From the NCBI GenBank assembly GCA_045605545.1, contig JAZUQF010000186.1, positions 1 to 61,766 on the forward strand: a DNA stretch of 61,766 nucleotides, read 5' to 3'. Of this stretch, positions 10,650 to 20,431 are shown piece after piece. Under the pieces are notes generated by a model, which saw only the letters and a list, made by a program, of their open reading frames with translations, did no database searches and was not told the DNA's origin. Source of the stretch: Lysinibacillus sp. Its GTDB lineage: Bacteria > Bacillota > Bacilli > Bacillales_A > Planococcaceae. Position 1 is the first letter of the stretch, and each line of letters opens with the position of its first letter. A program made the position numbers and the translations under genes.

Positions 10650-10689
10650 AAATCCCGGATTTCCAATTGAGGAAATCCGGGATTTTTTT
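10650..10689 (+). terminator. Terminator of typA-ylaH
   Basis: AAATCCCGGATTTCC / GGAAATCCGGGATTT perfect stem plus T-run. Confidence 0.9.
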
Positions 10690-10834
10690 GTTTGGAGGAG
10701 ACAAAAGGAAGCAGAGCGCAGCCGGGCTTTTGCATCTCTCTATGGGAATGGGCCGTATAGTTCGAAGTGTTCATCCCAACCTTTTTTGCAAGGGGGAGCA
10801 AACAGAAAGAGAAAAGGCCTCGCCCCCCTCCATT

Positions 10835-10862
10835 CACCTTTTAGGCAATGCTGCATACCCTA
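10835..10862 (+). promoter_or_regulatory. Putative SigK promoter
   Basis: CACC-N15-CATACCCTA fits mACm...CATAnnnTA; B. subtilis ytlA operon is SigK-dependent. Confidence 0.5.
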
Positions 10863-10899
10863 TGCTAGATAAAAGAACACATGTCTGAGGAGGATGGCG

Positions 10900-11895
10900 T
10901 TGAAAAGATTAGTGAAATCAAGTTTTCTCGTTGCAGTAGCACTTATGACACTCCTCGTTCTTGCATCTTGCGGCAAGGAAGAGCTCCAGGAAGTACAGGT
11001 TGGTGAAGTGACCCGCTCCATCTTCTATGCCCCTCAATATGTAGCCATTGAAAAGGGCTTTTTTGAGGAAGAAGGACTGAAGGTGGAATTGAAGACAATC
11101 GCCGGGGGAGACAAGACGATGACGGCCCTGCTGTCCGGCGGTATAGATGTAGCGCTTGTCGGCTCTGAGACATCGATTTACGTAACAGCCCAAGGTGCGA
11201 ACGACCCGATTAAGAACTTCGCACAGCTGACACAGACGGATGGCACTTTTTTGGTGGCGCGTGAGCAGATTGACGATTTTTCCTGGGAAATGTTGAAGGG
11301 GTCGACGTTCCTGGGTCAGCGAAAGGGCGGCATGCCGCAAATGGCGGGGGAGTTCGTGCTGAAGAAGCACGGCATCAATCCGCAGAGTGATTTGGAACTC
11401 ATCCAGAATATTGATTTTGCGAACATTTCCACAGCCTTTGCATCAGGCACGGGCGACTATGTGCAGCTGTTCGAGCCGACAGCCAGCGTATTTGAGGCGG
11501 AAGGGGTCGGCCATATCGTCGCCTCGTTCGGAACGGAATCAGGACATCTGCCCTATACGGCATTCATGACGAAGGCCAGCATGATCGAAAGCGACCCTGA
11601 AATGGTGGAGAAGTTTACGCGGGCGATCAAGAAAGCGCAGGATTGGGTGTATGCAAACAGCGCAGAAGATGTGGCGAAAGCGATCCAGCCGTTCTTCGAA
11701 GATACTGATGTGGGCCTGATTGCCACAGTGGTGGACCGCTATAAGCAGCAGGAATCCTTTGCAAAAGACCCGATATTGGATGAGGAAGAGTGGAACAATC
11801 TGCAGGATGTGATGGAAGAGGCGGGCGAACTGCCGAAACGGATGGATTATGAGGAACTGGTCGATACAACATTTGCAGAGAAAGTAACGAAGTGA
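10900..11895 (+). CDS. ytlA: NitT/TauT (NMT1/THI5-like) ABC substrate-binding lipoprotein, YtlA-like
   Basis: Lipobox LASC; EVTRSIFYAPQY, GGDKTMTALL, GQRKGGMP; TTG start after GAGGAGG. Confidence 0.8.
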   Translation: MKRLVKSSFLVAVALMTLLVLASCGKEELQEVQVGEVTRSIFYAPQYVAIEKGFFEEEGLKVELKTIAGGDKTMTALLSGGIDVALVGSETSIYVTAQGANDPIKNFAQLTQTDGTFLVAREQIDDFSWEMLKGSTFLGQRKGGMPQMAGEFVLKKHGINPQSDLELIQNIDFANISTAFASGTGDYVQLFEPTASVFEAEGVGHIVASFGTESGHLPYTAFMTKASMIESDPEMVEKFTRAIKKAQDWVYANSAEDVAKAIQPFFEDTDVGLIATVVDRYKQQESFAKDPILDEEEWNNLQDVMEEAGELPKRMDYEELVDTTFAEKVTK

Positions 11896-11896
11896 T

Positions 11897-12679
11897 ATGG
11901 GATTTTTAACAGTCAAGAATGTTCACCATACGTATTTCTCTCCGGAGACGGCGACTGAAGCACTGCAGGACATTCAACTATCCATCGAAAAGGGTGAGTT
12001 CATTTCCTTTATAGGACCGAGCGGCTGCGGGAAGACGACACTGTTGTCAATCATTGCGGGGCTGTTCCCTCCGACGGTCGGGACGGTCTCGATTGAAGGT
12101 CAATCCGTCTACGGCAATGAGCATCTATCGATGGGCTATATGCTGCAGCAGGACTACTTGTTCCCATGGAAGACAATTGAAGAAAACATCACGCTCGGCC
12201 TTGATATTTTAAAGAAGGATGAGGAGAAAAGGCAGGAGATCACTTCCCGGCTGCTCGACGCCGTCGGATTGCCCAATATTGAAAAGAAATATCCGCGCGA
12301 GCTGTCGGGTGGGATGCGGCAGAGGGTGGCGCTGGCCAGGACGCTGGCTGTAGATCCGGCCATCCTGCTGTTGGATGAACCGTTTTCTGCGCTGGATTAC
12401 CAGTCCAAGCTGAAGCTTGAGGACCTCGTCTCCCAAATGTTGAAGGAGTTCGGCAAAACGGCAATCCTCGTCACGCATGACCTGGGCGAAGCGATTGCAA
12501 TGAGCGACCGGATTTTCCTGTTTTCCCCGCGTCCGGGAAGGTTGCACGAAACGTTCGAGGTGCCGGAAGAAATCAAAGCCCTGACACCGTTTGAGGCGCG
12601 TGCTCATCCGCAATATTCCACTCTATTCCAAACCATTTGGAAGGAGCTTGAAAGCCTTGAATATAAAAAAACTCCATGA
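11897..12679 (+). CDS. ytlC: NitT/TauT ABC ATP-binding protein, YtlC-like
   Basis: [28 protein letters not shown]. Confidence 0.85.
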   Translation: MGFLTVKNVHHTYFSPETATEALQDIQLSIEKGEFISFIGPSGCGKTTLLSIIAGLFPPTVGTVSIEGQSVYGNEHLSMGYMLQQDYLFPWKTIEENITLGLDILKKDEEKRQEITSRLLDAVGLPNIEKKYPRELSGGMRQRVALARTLAVDPAILLLDEPFSALDYQSKLKLEDLVSQMLKEFGKTAILVTHDLGEAIAMSDRIFLFSPRPGRLHETFEVPEEIKALTPFEARAHPQYSTLFQTIWKELESLEYKKTP

Positions 12680-13451
12680 AGAATATAAGAAATCGCTGAT
12701 TACGGAAAAGCGGTGGACGCGTTTTTTTCAACTATTGATTCTGATCAGCTTCTTTTCCTTATGGGAGGCGGCTTCGCATTTTCGCTGGATTGATGAACTC
12801 ATCTTCAGCTCGCCTTCCAAAATCGCCATATTGTTCGTCGATAAGATAGGTGACGGTACCTTGGTGACGCATATCGGCTATACGTTATTTGAAACAGTGT
12901 TGGGCTTCATCCTGGGGACGCTGGCCGGAACCGTTCTTGCGGCCATTCTCTGGTGGTCGCCATTCTTGTCCAGGGTGCTTGACCCGTATCTCGTCATCCT
13001 GAATGCCATGCCGAAAGTGGCACTCGGGCCGATTCTGATCGTCGTCATGGGGCCGGGCATGACGTCCATCATTACCATGGGGGCCATCATTTCGGTCATC
13101 ATCTCGACGATTGTCATCTATACGGCATTCAAAGGGGTGGACCCGAACTACCTGAAGGTGCTGCAGACATTCAATGCCACGCGGCTCCAAATGTTCAGGG
13201 AAGCAATCTTGCCGGCCTGCATACCGACGATCATTTCGACATTGAAGGTGAATGTCGGCCTATCGTGGGTGGGGGTCATCGTCGGCGAGTTCCTTGTTTC
13301 CTCGCAGGGGCTCGGTTATTTGATCATCTATGGATTCCAGGTGTTCAACTTCAATCTCGTCCTGCTGTCACTCGTCATCATAGCAGTCTTTGCGACAATC
13401 ATGTACCAGCTGGTGGAACTGCTTGAAAGGGCCCTGCTGAAAAATGGATGA
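12657..13451 (+). CDS. ytlD: NitT/TauT ABC permease, YtlD-like
   Basis: Hydrophobic; PKVALGP and [14 protein letters not shown] motifs; start uncertain. Confidence 0.82.
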   Translation: MNIKKLHEEYKKSLITEKRWTRFFQLLILISFFSLWEAASHFRWIDELIFSSPSKIAILFVDKIGDGTLVTHIGYTLFETVLGFILGTLAGTVLAAILWWSPFLSRVLDPYLVILNAMPKVALGPILIVVMGPGMTSIITMGAIISVIISTIVIYTAFKGVDPNYLKVLQTFNATRLQMFREAILPACIPTIISTLKVNVGLSWVGVIVGEFLVSSQGLGYLIIYGFQVFNFNLVLLSLVIIAVFATIMYQLVELLERALLKNG

Positions 13452-13453
13452 AG

Positions 13454-13488
13454 AAAACCCTTGGGTAGCGTTGTACCCAAGGGTTTTT
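13454..13488. terminator. Terminator after ABC permease
   Basis: AAAACCCTTGGGTA / TACCCAAGGGTTTT perfect stem. Confidence 0.85.
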
Positions 13489-13600
13489 CATTTGATAGAG
13501 AAAGTATAAATGATTGCAATATGGTTTGCGCACGAAGGGATTGTCCGCCAGATGCCTTCAAGCCCCGAAGATTTTTAATTGACAGTGGATGCACCTTCGA

Positions 13601-13804
13601 TTAAAAATCTTCGTCAATCCGTGAAGATGTGCGATAGAATCTGAAGCTGCCGGTTGCGATTCGCTGTTCCGTCTTTTCGGCAATCCGTCCATTGCAGACA
13701 TCGCACATATAGGTGTGGATTGGACGATTGCGCAGCTTTTTGGCTAGCGGCAGGTCGTCGGGTAACTGGTGGATTGCATCACAAATAACACATTTGACGC
13801 GCAT
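13601..13804 (-). CDS. ylaI: YlaI (DUF2197) Cys-motif protein
   Basis: MRVKCVICD...KKLRNRPIHTYMCDVC. Confidence 0.9.
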   Translation of the reverse strand: MRVKCVICDAIHQLPDDLPLAKKLRNRPIHTYMCDVCNGRIAEKTEQRIATGSFRFYRTSSRIDEDF

Positions 13805-13815
13805 GCTATTCCTCC

Positions 13816-14316
13816 TTATTGGACACGGATTGCAAGTACTCCTTGAATTGGGTCGTCTACATTTGAACCATCCCCAAATAAAAGATGAACCGGCCCGCCC
13901 TCTGTAATCGGTTTGCCGTCCTGGCTGAATTTGAAGATGATTGTTTTGGCTTCCTCAATCGAGAAGGCGTGCTCGTCCCCATTTTCACATTCGAAAACGA
14001 CTTCAGTCGCTTCTGGTTTGATTTCGGCATTCTTCAGGAAAGGAGCCAGCTCCATCCCGAATGTCCCCGTCATCATCCCTTTACGGTCGAATTTACGCTC
14101 CGTTTTTAATGTAGGTGGAAATACAGCCCCCTCCATGATTTCACGGGACCAATGGGCACCCACATCGGCCAAATATTTCTCCTCTGAATTATCAGGGGCT
14201 TTTTCTGTAACAAAATAGGTTGTTAGGTCCAAACGGCGGTCGTCGAAAATCCAGACAGTCGGATCGAGTGTTAGGGAATATGTAACCGCACCTTTAATAG
14301 GAATAATTGAGTTCAT
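13816..14316 (-). CDS. ylaL: YlaL-like conserved protein
   Basis: LTLDPTVWIFDDRR, WSREIMEGAVFPPTL motifs; synteny. Confidence 0.8.
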   Translation of the reverse strand: MNSIIPIKGAVTYSLTLDPTVWIFDDRRLDLTTYFVTEKAPDNSEEKYLADVGAHWSREIMEGAVFPPTLKTERKFDRKGMMTGTFGMELAPFLKNAEIKPEATEVVFECENGDEHAFSIEEAKTIIFKFSQDGKPITEGGPVHLLFGDGSNVDDPIQGVLAIRVQ

Positions 14317-14488
14317 CAAAAATCCTCCTTTATTGATATCCTAATACAGTATACCGCCTTTTCTATGAAATAAGAAACATTTAAATGAAATTCGGCTCTC
14401 TATGGAAAGACACTTGCAATTTTACTTTCGAAAAGATAAACTTTATTAAGATAGAATCCAAGAAATATCAGATAATGGGGGCGTCCTC

Positions 14489-14770
14489 ATGGATACGAAA
14501 CCACAAGCTTCCTTCCAGGAGAAAGCATTAGAGCTGTTACAAACAGATGCCGATAAAATTGCTCAATTGATCAAGGTGCAAATGGACAATTTGACAATGC
14601 CGCAGTGTCCTTTATACGAGGAAGTGCTCGATACACAGATGTTCGGCTTGTCGCGTGAAATTGATTTCGCCGTGAAGCTGGGCTTGATTGAGCGCGAGCA
14701 GGGCAAGGAAATTTTGGATGCTTTGGAAAAGGAGCTATCCTTACTGCACGATGCTTATACAGACAAATAA
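14489..14770 (+). CDS. ylaN: YlaN (UPF0358), Fe-S/iron homeostasis related
   Basis: [36 protein letters not shown]. Confidence 0.97.
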   Translation: MDTKPQASFQEKALELLQTDADKIAQLIKVQMDNLTMPQCPLYEEVLDTQMFGLSREIDFAVKLGLIEREQGKEILDALEKELSLLHDAYTDK

Positions 14771-14773
14771 TAG

Positions 14774-14810
14774 AAAAACTCAAACTGCTGTCTGCGTTTG
14801 AGTTTTTTTT
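14774..14810 (+). terminator. Terminator after ylaN
   Basis: AAAAACTCAAAC / GTTTGAGTTTTT stem plus T-run. Confidence 0.7.
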
Positions 14811-14828
14811 CTCAAAAGAGGTTTTATC

Positions 14829-16010
14829 ATGAAAAAATATTTTGCGACATACTTACGAAACTTCGATTACTTACTATTTTTTACATACTTATTTCTATGC
14901 TTGTTCGGGCTGGTAATGATATATAGTGCCGGCATGATGGTCGGAATTATGTATGAAGATGGAACACCGGATTACTTTTACCGCAAACAGGTGCTGAATC
15001 TGGCGGTAGGGGCTGTGGTATTTTGCCTGGGTGCCTTCTTCCCATATAAACATTACAGCAGCAAACCTGTCATGATGGCAGGAATGCTGATCATGTTGAT
15101 CCTGCTTGCATGGGTGAAGGTGGCCGGCATCGGTCTGGAAGAAACGGGATCTCAGAGCTGGATCAGGCTGTTCGGCATGTCATTCCAGCCGTCCGAATTT
15201 GCAAAACTATTCATAATTTTATATCTTGGTGGTTCTTTCTACAGAAAGAGCCTCAAGTATCCATCCATCCAGTCGGTGACGCCGCATGACATCACGAATC
15301 CAATCCTTGTCTGGCTGCTCATTTTGGCTGGTGTAGGGACGGAAACCGATTTAGGGGCATTCATCATTCTTTTCTTCATTGCCATTTCGGTTGCATGGTT
15401 GAGTGGGATTGAAGGGAAGTCGTTGGCCAAGTTCTTCGTCGTGCTCGGCGGGGTGGGTGGCCTATTGTCCGCCGTCCTGCTGCTTTTCAAATACGACACG
15501 ATTTTCACTGAAAACCGTGCCGGCCGGCTGAAAGTCTGGGCGAATCCCTTTGAATATGCAGAGGGCTCCGGCTATCAGATCATCAACGGCTATTTGGCGA
15601 TTGGACAGGGGGGCCTTGAAGGGGTGGGCCTCGGCCAATCAGTGCAGAAGCTGGGGTATCTGCCTGAGCCGCAAAATGACTTCATCATGGCAGTTATTGC
15701 AGAGGAGCTGGGAATCATGGGCGTAGCAATCGTCCTTCTCGGCATCGGCATCATTGTGATGCGCAGCTTCTATATTGCCATGACAACCAAAGATCCGCTT
15801 GCGCGCATGATAGCAGGTGGAATCGGGAGTTGGATCGGGTTCCAGACGTTTGTCAATCTTGGGGGTGTATCGGGTTTAATCCCGTTAACCGGAGTAACGC
15901 TACCTTTCATAAGCTATGGCGGTACTTCTATAATGATGCTTTCTTTAGCCATGGGGATTCTTATCAACGTTTCCATGTACTACAAGAGAGATAAGAAAAA
16001 GCTTTTATAA
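14829..16010 (+). CDS. ftsW: SEDS family peptidoglycan polymerase FtsW
   Basis: QPSEFAK, LPEPQNDFI, GVTLPFISYGG; ylaO position before pyc. Confidence 0.9.
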   Translation: MKKYFATYLRNFDYLLFFTYLFLCLFGLVMIYSAGMMVGIMYEDGTPDYFYRKQVLNLAVGAVVFCLGAFFPYKHYSSKPVMMAGMLIMLILLAWVKVAGIGLEETGSQSWIRLFGMSFQPSEFAKLFIILYLGGSFYRKSLKYPSIQSVTPHDITNPILVWLLILAGVGTETDLGAFIILFFIAISVAWLSGIEGKSLAKFFVVLGGVGGLLSAVLLLFKYDTIFTENRAGRLKVWANPFEYAEGSGYQIINGYLAIGQGGLEGVGLGQSVQKLGYLPEPQNDFIMAVIAEELGIMGVAIVLLGIGIIVMRSFYIAMTTKDPLARMIAGGIGSWIGFQTFVNLGGVSGLIPLTGVTLPFISYGGTSIMMLSLAMGILINVSMYYKRDKKKLL

Positions 16011-16024
16011 GGGGTTGAGGAGAA

Positions 16025-19000
16025 ATGAAGGAAATCAAGAAGGTATTAGTGGCAAACAGGGGAGAAATCGCCATCCGTATCTTCCGTGCCTGCACGGAGC
16101 TGCATCTTGAGACGGTGGCCATCTATTCGCGTGAGGACAGCGGCGCCTTCCATCGCTATAAGGCGGATGAGGCATATCTTGTCGGACAAGGAAAAAAACC
16201 AATCGATGCCTACTTGGATATCGAAGGCATCCTTGCTATTGCAAAGGATGCGAAGGTGGATGCCATTCATCCGGGCTATGGCTTTTTATCCGAAAATGTA
16301 GAATTTGCCCGTCGTTGTGAAGAGGAAGGAATCATCTTCATCGGACCGACATCCAGGCATTTGGATATGTTCGGCGACAAGGTGAAGGCACGGGAACAAG
16401 CGGTCCTTGCCGGTATTCCCGTCATTCCGGGGACGGATGGTCCTGTCGGAAGCCTCGAGGAGGTAGAGGCTTTTGGCGACAAGTATGGATATCCAATCAT
16501 GATCAAAGCGGCACTAGGCGGCGGTGGACGCGGCATGCGCATGGTCCAGTCGAAAGAGGAACTGGCATCGGCCTATGAGCGTGCAAAGTCGGAGGCCAAG
16601 GCTGCTTTCGGTTCGGATGACGTTTATGTAGAGAAATGCATTATAAAGCCAAAGCATATCGAAGTGCAGATCATTGGCGATACGGCCGGCAATATCGTGC
16701 ATTTATATGAAAGAGATTGCTCAATACAGCGTAGACACCAAAAGGTTGTAGAAATTGCCCCGTCCAACTCGATTGATAAGGATTTACGTAATCGAATTTG
16801 CGATGCGGCTGTAAAATTAATGAAAAATGTAGAGTACGTCAATGCCGGGACGGTAGAGTTCCTGGTTGCGGGAGAGGAATTCTATTTCATCGAAGTGAAT
16901 CCCCGCATCCAGGTGGAGCATACGATTACAGAAATGATTACCGGTGTGGATATCGTCCACGCCCAAATCAAGGTAGCAGGGGGGCATACGCTACACTCTG
17001 CTGAAATCAATATTCCTTCTCAAGATAAAATTCCGCTATTCGGCTTTGCGATTCAGTCCCGTGTTACAACGGAGGATCCAAAGAACGATTTCATGCCGGA
17101 TACAGGAAAGCTGATGGTATACCGTTCAAGCGGCGGATTTGGTGTCCGTCTTGATGCCGGCAACGGGTTCCAGGGGGCAGTGGTGACACCTTATTATGAT
17201 TCACTGCTTGTAAAGATTTCGACATGGGGGATGACATTTAATGAAGCGGCGGCCAAAATGGACCGCAATCTGCGTGAGTTCCGTATCCGTGGAGTGAAGA
17301 CGAACATCCCGTTTTTGGAAAATGTCGTCATCCATGAAAAATTCCTGACAGGAGAGTTCGATACAAGCTTCATCGATACGACACCGGAGCTGTTCGAGTT
17401 TCCGGAGCGCAAGGACCGTGGTACGAAGCTGCTGAGCTATATCGGGAATGTAACACTGAACGGCTTCCCGGGTGTGGAAAAGCGTACGAAGCCGATTTTT
17501 GTCCAACCGGAAAAGCCGAAGCTCGATCTTTCGGCAGCTCCTTCTGCTGGTACGAAGCAGATTTTGGATGAGCGGGGGGCAGATGGACTGGTTGAATGGA
17601 TCAAGGCGCAGGAGGATGTCCTTTTGACGGATACGACATTCCGCGATGCGCATCAATCCCTTTTGGCTACACGCGTCCGCTCCAACGATATGTTTGAAAT
17701 CGCTGATGCAACAAGCCGCATGATGCACAACTACTTCTCGCTGGAAATGTGGGGAGGGGCAACATTCGACGTGGCATACCGCTTCTTGAAGGAGGACCCA
17801 TGGGCACGCCTTGAAAAGCTGCGTCAGCAAGTGCCGAATGTACTGTTCCAAATGCTGCTGCGCGGTGCCAATGCAGTAGGCTATACCAACTATCCAGATA
17901 ACCTGATCCGGGAATTCATCAAGGAATCGGCAGCGTCGGGGATTGATGTATTCCGTATTTTCGACAGCCTTAACTGGATCAAGGGCATGGAAGTGGCGAT
18001 CGACGAAGCGCGCAATGCAGGAAAGATTGCAGAGGCGGCCATTTGTTATACAGGGGACATTCTGGATGATGCACGGGCAAAATATACGGTAGATTACTAT
18101 AAAGAGATGGCACGTGAGCTTGAAAATGCGGGTGCCCATATACTGGCCATCAAGGATATGGCAGGATTGCTTAAACCGGAAGCGGCGTACCGTCTGATTT
18201 CAGAGCTGAAGGATTCGACAGACCTGCCGATCCATCTTCATACGCATGATACGAGCGGCAACGGCATTTACTTATATGCACGCGCAATCGATGCGGGAGT
18301 GGATATCATCGATACGGCCCTTGGCTCCATGGCCGGCCTGACTTCCCAGCCGAGCGCCAACTCGCTTTACTATGCGATGAAGGGCAGCAGACGCAATGTA
18401 CGGGCCGATATTGACTCGCTTGAAAAGCTGTCCTACTACTGGGAGGATGTACGCAAGTACTATGTCGATTTTGAAAGCGGCATGAATGCGCCCCATTCGG
18501 AAATCTACGTCCATGAAATGCCGGGCGGCCAGTACAGCAACCTGCAGCAGCAGGCAAAAGCAGTCGGCCTGGGCGACCGTTGGGATGAAGTGAAGGCCAT
18601 GTATTCGCGGGTAAACATGATGTTTGGCGACATCGTGAAGGTGACACCATCCTCCAAGGTAGTGGGGGATATGGCGCTGTTCATGGTGCAAAACGATCTG
18701 GACGAGGAAAATATCTATGAGCGGGGCCAATCCATCGACTTCCCGGAATCGGTGATCGAGTTCTTCCAGGGGTACCTTGGACAACCGCACGGAGGATTCC
18801 CAGAAAAGCTACAGCAGGTTGTGCTGAAGGGACGGGAAGCGATTACCGTACGTCCAGGGGAACAGTTGGAGCCGGTCGATTTCGAGCAACTTGCAAAAGA
18901 GCTGGAAGAAAAGCTGGAATGCGAGCCGACGAAGCAGGATGTATTGGCATACGCACTGTATCCGAAAGTCTTCGAAGAGTATTCAAAGACATCGAGACAG

Positions 19001-19459
19001 TTCGGTGATATTTCCGTCCTTGATACGCCTACGTTCCTCTACGGCTTGAAGCTGGGCGAGGAAATCGAAGTGGAAATCGAGAAAGGAAAGACGCTGATCA
19101 TCAAGCTCGTATCAATCGGCGAGCCGCAGCATGATGGTACGCGCGTCATGTATTTCGAGCTGAATGGCCAATCACGAGAGCTGGTCATCCAGGACATGAC
19201 AGTGGAAGTGGATGGCAGCCTTTCATTGAAAGCCGACCCTTCCAATCCGAATCAGATTGGGGCGACAATGCCTGGTACGGTGCTGAAGGTAGTGGTATCA
19301 AAAGGAAGTCATGTCAAGCGGGGGGACCATCTGTTGATTACGGAAGCGATGAAGATGGAAACAACCGTACAGGCTCCAAAAGATGGTGTCATCAAGGAAA
19401 TATATGCTGCAGCAGGAGATGCCATCTCCACAGGAGACCTATTGATTGAAATGATATAA
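16025..19459 (+). CDS. pyc: Pyruvate carboxylase
   Basis: ANRGEIA, GGGGRG, RDAHQSL, WGGATFD, EAMKM biotinylation motif. Confidence 0.99.
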   Translation: MKEIKKVLVANRGEIAIRIFRACTELHLETVAIYSREDSGAFHRYKADEAYLVGQGKKPIDAYLDIEGILAIAKDAKVDAIHPGYGFLSENVEFARRCEEEGIIFIGPTSRHLDMFGDKVKAREQAVLAGIPVIPGTDGPVGSLEEVEAFGDKYGYPIMIKAALGGGGRGMRMVQSKEELASAYERAKSEAKAAFGSDDVYVEKCIIKPKHIEVQIIGDTAGNIVHLYERDCSIQRRHQKVVEIAPSNSIDKDLRNRICDAAVKLMKNVEYVNAGTVEFLVAGEEFYFIEVNPRIQVEHTITEMITGVDIVHAQIKVAGGHTLHSAEINIPSQDKIPLFGFAIQSRVTTEDPKNDFMPDTGKLMVYRSSGGFGVRLDAGNGFQGAVVTPYYDSLLVKISTWGMTFNEAAAKMDRNLREFRIRGVKTNIPFLENVVIHEKFLTGEFDTSFIDTTPELFEFPERKDRGTKLLSYIGNVTLNGFPGVEKRTKPIFVQPEKPKLDLSAAPSAGTKQILDERGADGLVEWIKAQEDVLLTDTTFRDAHQSLLATRVRSNDMFEIADATSRMMHNYFSLEMWGGATFDVAYRFLKEDPWARLEKLRQQVPNVLFQMLLRGANAVGYTNYPDNLIREFIKESAASGIDVFRIFDSLNWIKGMEVAIDEARNAGKIAEAAICYTGDILDDARAKYTVDYYKEMARELENAGAHILAIKDMAGLLKPEAAYRLISELKDSTDLPIHLHTHDTSGNGIYLYARAIDAGVDIIDTALGSMAGLTSQPSANSLYYAMKGSRRNVRADIDSLEKLSYYWEDVRKYYVDFESGMNAPHSEIYVHEMPGGQYSNLQQQAKAVGLGDRWDEVKAMYSRVNMMFGDIVKVTPSSKVVGDMALFMVQNDLDEENIYERGQSIDFPESVIEFFQGYLGQPHGGFPEKLQQVVLKGREAITVRPGEQLEPVDFEQLAKELEEKLECEPTKQDVLAYALYPKVFEEYSKTSRQFGDISVLDTPTFLYGLKLGEEIEVEIEKGKTLIIKLVSIGEPQHDGTRVMYFELNGQSRELVIQDMTVEVDGSLSLKADPSNPNQIGATMPGTVLKVVVSKGSHVKRGDHLLITEAMKMETTVQAPKDGVIKEIYAAAGDAISTGDLLIEMI

Positions 19460-19471
19460 AAAAAGAGTGCG

Positions 19472-19480
19472 AGAATTTTC
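19472..19480 (+). repeat. Left 9-bp target-site duplication AGAATTTTC
   Basis: Identical to 20432-20440 and directly abuts left TIR. Confidence 0.88.
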
Positions 19481-19507
19481 TAACGGGTTCGGTTGATGGG
19501 GAGAAAA
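19481..19507 (+). repeat. Left terminal inverted repeat TAACGGGTTCGGTTGATGGGGAGAAAA
   Basis: 26/27 match to reverse complement of 20405-20431. Confidence 0.92.
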
Positions 19508-19581
19508 ACGTAAAAAGCAATGTAATTAACAACTCAATTAGCATGTATTTTAACAGTAAAATAACAATGCAAATGGCAAGC

Positions 19582-19611
19582 AAAAACGCTCAGATTAAAC
19601 TGAGCGTTTTT
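19582..19611. terminator. Bidirectional terminator inside cassette left end
   Basis: AAAAACGCTCAG-ATTAAA-CTGAGCGTTTTT perfect stem. Confidence 0.85.
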
Positions 19612-19726
19612 CAGTATTATTTTTTGCTTATTTAACTAAAGCATCCGTTAGCCATACATGAAACCAAACTTCCCCACAGAGAATGAAAGCTAATTACATT
19701 CTTCCATAGTAGTAGTTAAAGATTAT

Positions 19727-20155
19727 TTATTCTGTTTGTCCTGCCTTCATAAAAACTTGTTTTAAACTTTCTGCATTCCCTTTGGCTAATGTTCCAAAGC
19801 CTTCATTCTGATAATCACTAATAATCGTTGCAGTATCGTTTCCTTGGTTAAACCAAATTTGATGATTCACAAGTCTTTCAGGCATGTTTTTATCAAAAGT
19901 ATAGAAAAATATCGCTTCTACATCAGGCTCTCTAGACATTTTTGGTTCTGCATTCGGTTGCCAATTCACTTTTTGGAAAATATTCTCTACTAAACTTAAC
20001 TCTTCTTCAAGTTGAATGTGATATTCGATGTCCTTTTCTTCAAACAATGAAATAACATCTATTCTAGTTAATTCTCCTTTGCTTTGTTCAGAACAGGCAA
20101 CTAAGAACATTGATGCAAAAAGAAAAACAATAGTTATTATTTTCTTCAAACTCAT
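19727..20155 (-). CDS. Hypothetical lipoprotein (cassette cargo)
   Basis: RBS GGAGGTG; signal peptide with lipobox LVAC; AT-rich codons unlike neighbours. Confidence 0.85.
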   Translation of the reverse strand: MSLKKIITIVFLFASMFLVACSEQSKGELTRIDVISLFEEKDIEYHIQLEEELSLVENIFQKVNWQPNAEPKMSREPDVEAIFFYTFDKNMPERLVNHQIWFNQGNDTATIISDYQNEGFGTLAKGNAESLKQVFMKAGQTE

Positions 20156-20345
20156 ACACCTCCATAAAATTAGACGTTATTCTCAATATAATAGTTACAT
20201 TTTTTGTTAAAACAACCTACCAATTCGTAACAGTTTTATCAAAGGTTTTAACAACACCGCATAAATTTATGTGGTATCGCCAAATTGTATGTGAATTTGT
20301 TTGTTAATTGATATGTTAAAAGCCTTAGATTGTTGATATAACAAC

Positions 20346-20384
20346 AAAAAAGAGGACGCTAATTCATGTGTGAATAGTGTCCCC
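20346..20384 (-). terminator. Terminator inside cassette right end, facing ctaA read-through
   Basis: Minus strand GGGACACTATTCA-CACA-TGAATTAGCGTCCT then CTTTTTT (one mismatch, one bulge). Confidence 0.65.
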
Positions 20385-20404
20385 AATAAAGGTGTTATTT
20401 AATG

Positions 20405-20431
20405 TTTTCTCCCCAGCAACCGAACCCGTTA
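20405..20431 (-). repeat. Right terminal inverted repeat
   Basis: Reverse complement TAACGGGTTCGGTTGCTGGGGAGAAAA. Confidence 0.92.

Larger units (their letters stand above)
19481..20431. mobile_element. 951-bp non-autonomous TIR-bounded cassette (MIC/MITE-like) with lipoprotein cargo
   Basis: 27-bp TIRs with 1 mismatch, 9-bp flanking direct repeat, AT-rich interior, no transposase ORF; removal restores a perfect terminator. Confidence 0.88.

Noticed and set aside
17201-18790. Long antisense ORFs within pyc, and similar shadow ORFs in typA, ctaD, murE and pbpB
   Set aside because: They overlap well-supported genes and lack RBS or motifs; codon-bias artefacts
19481-20431. Autonomous IS or prophage remnant
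   Set aside because: No transposase, integrase or phage ORF; only a lipoprotein gene
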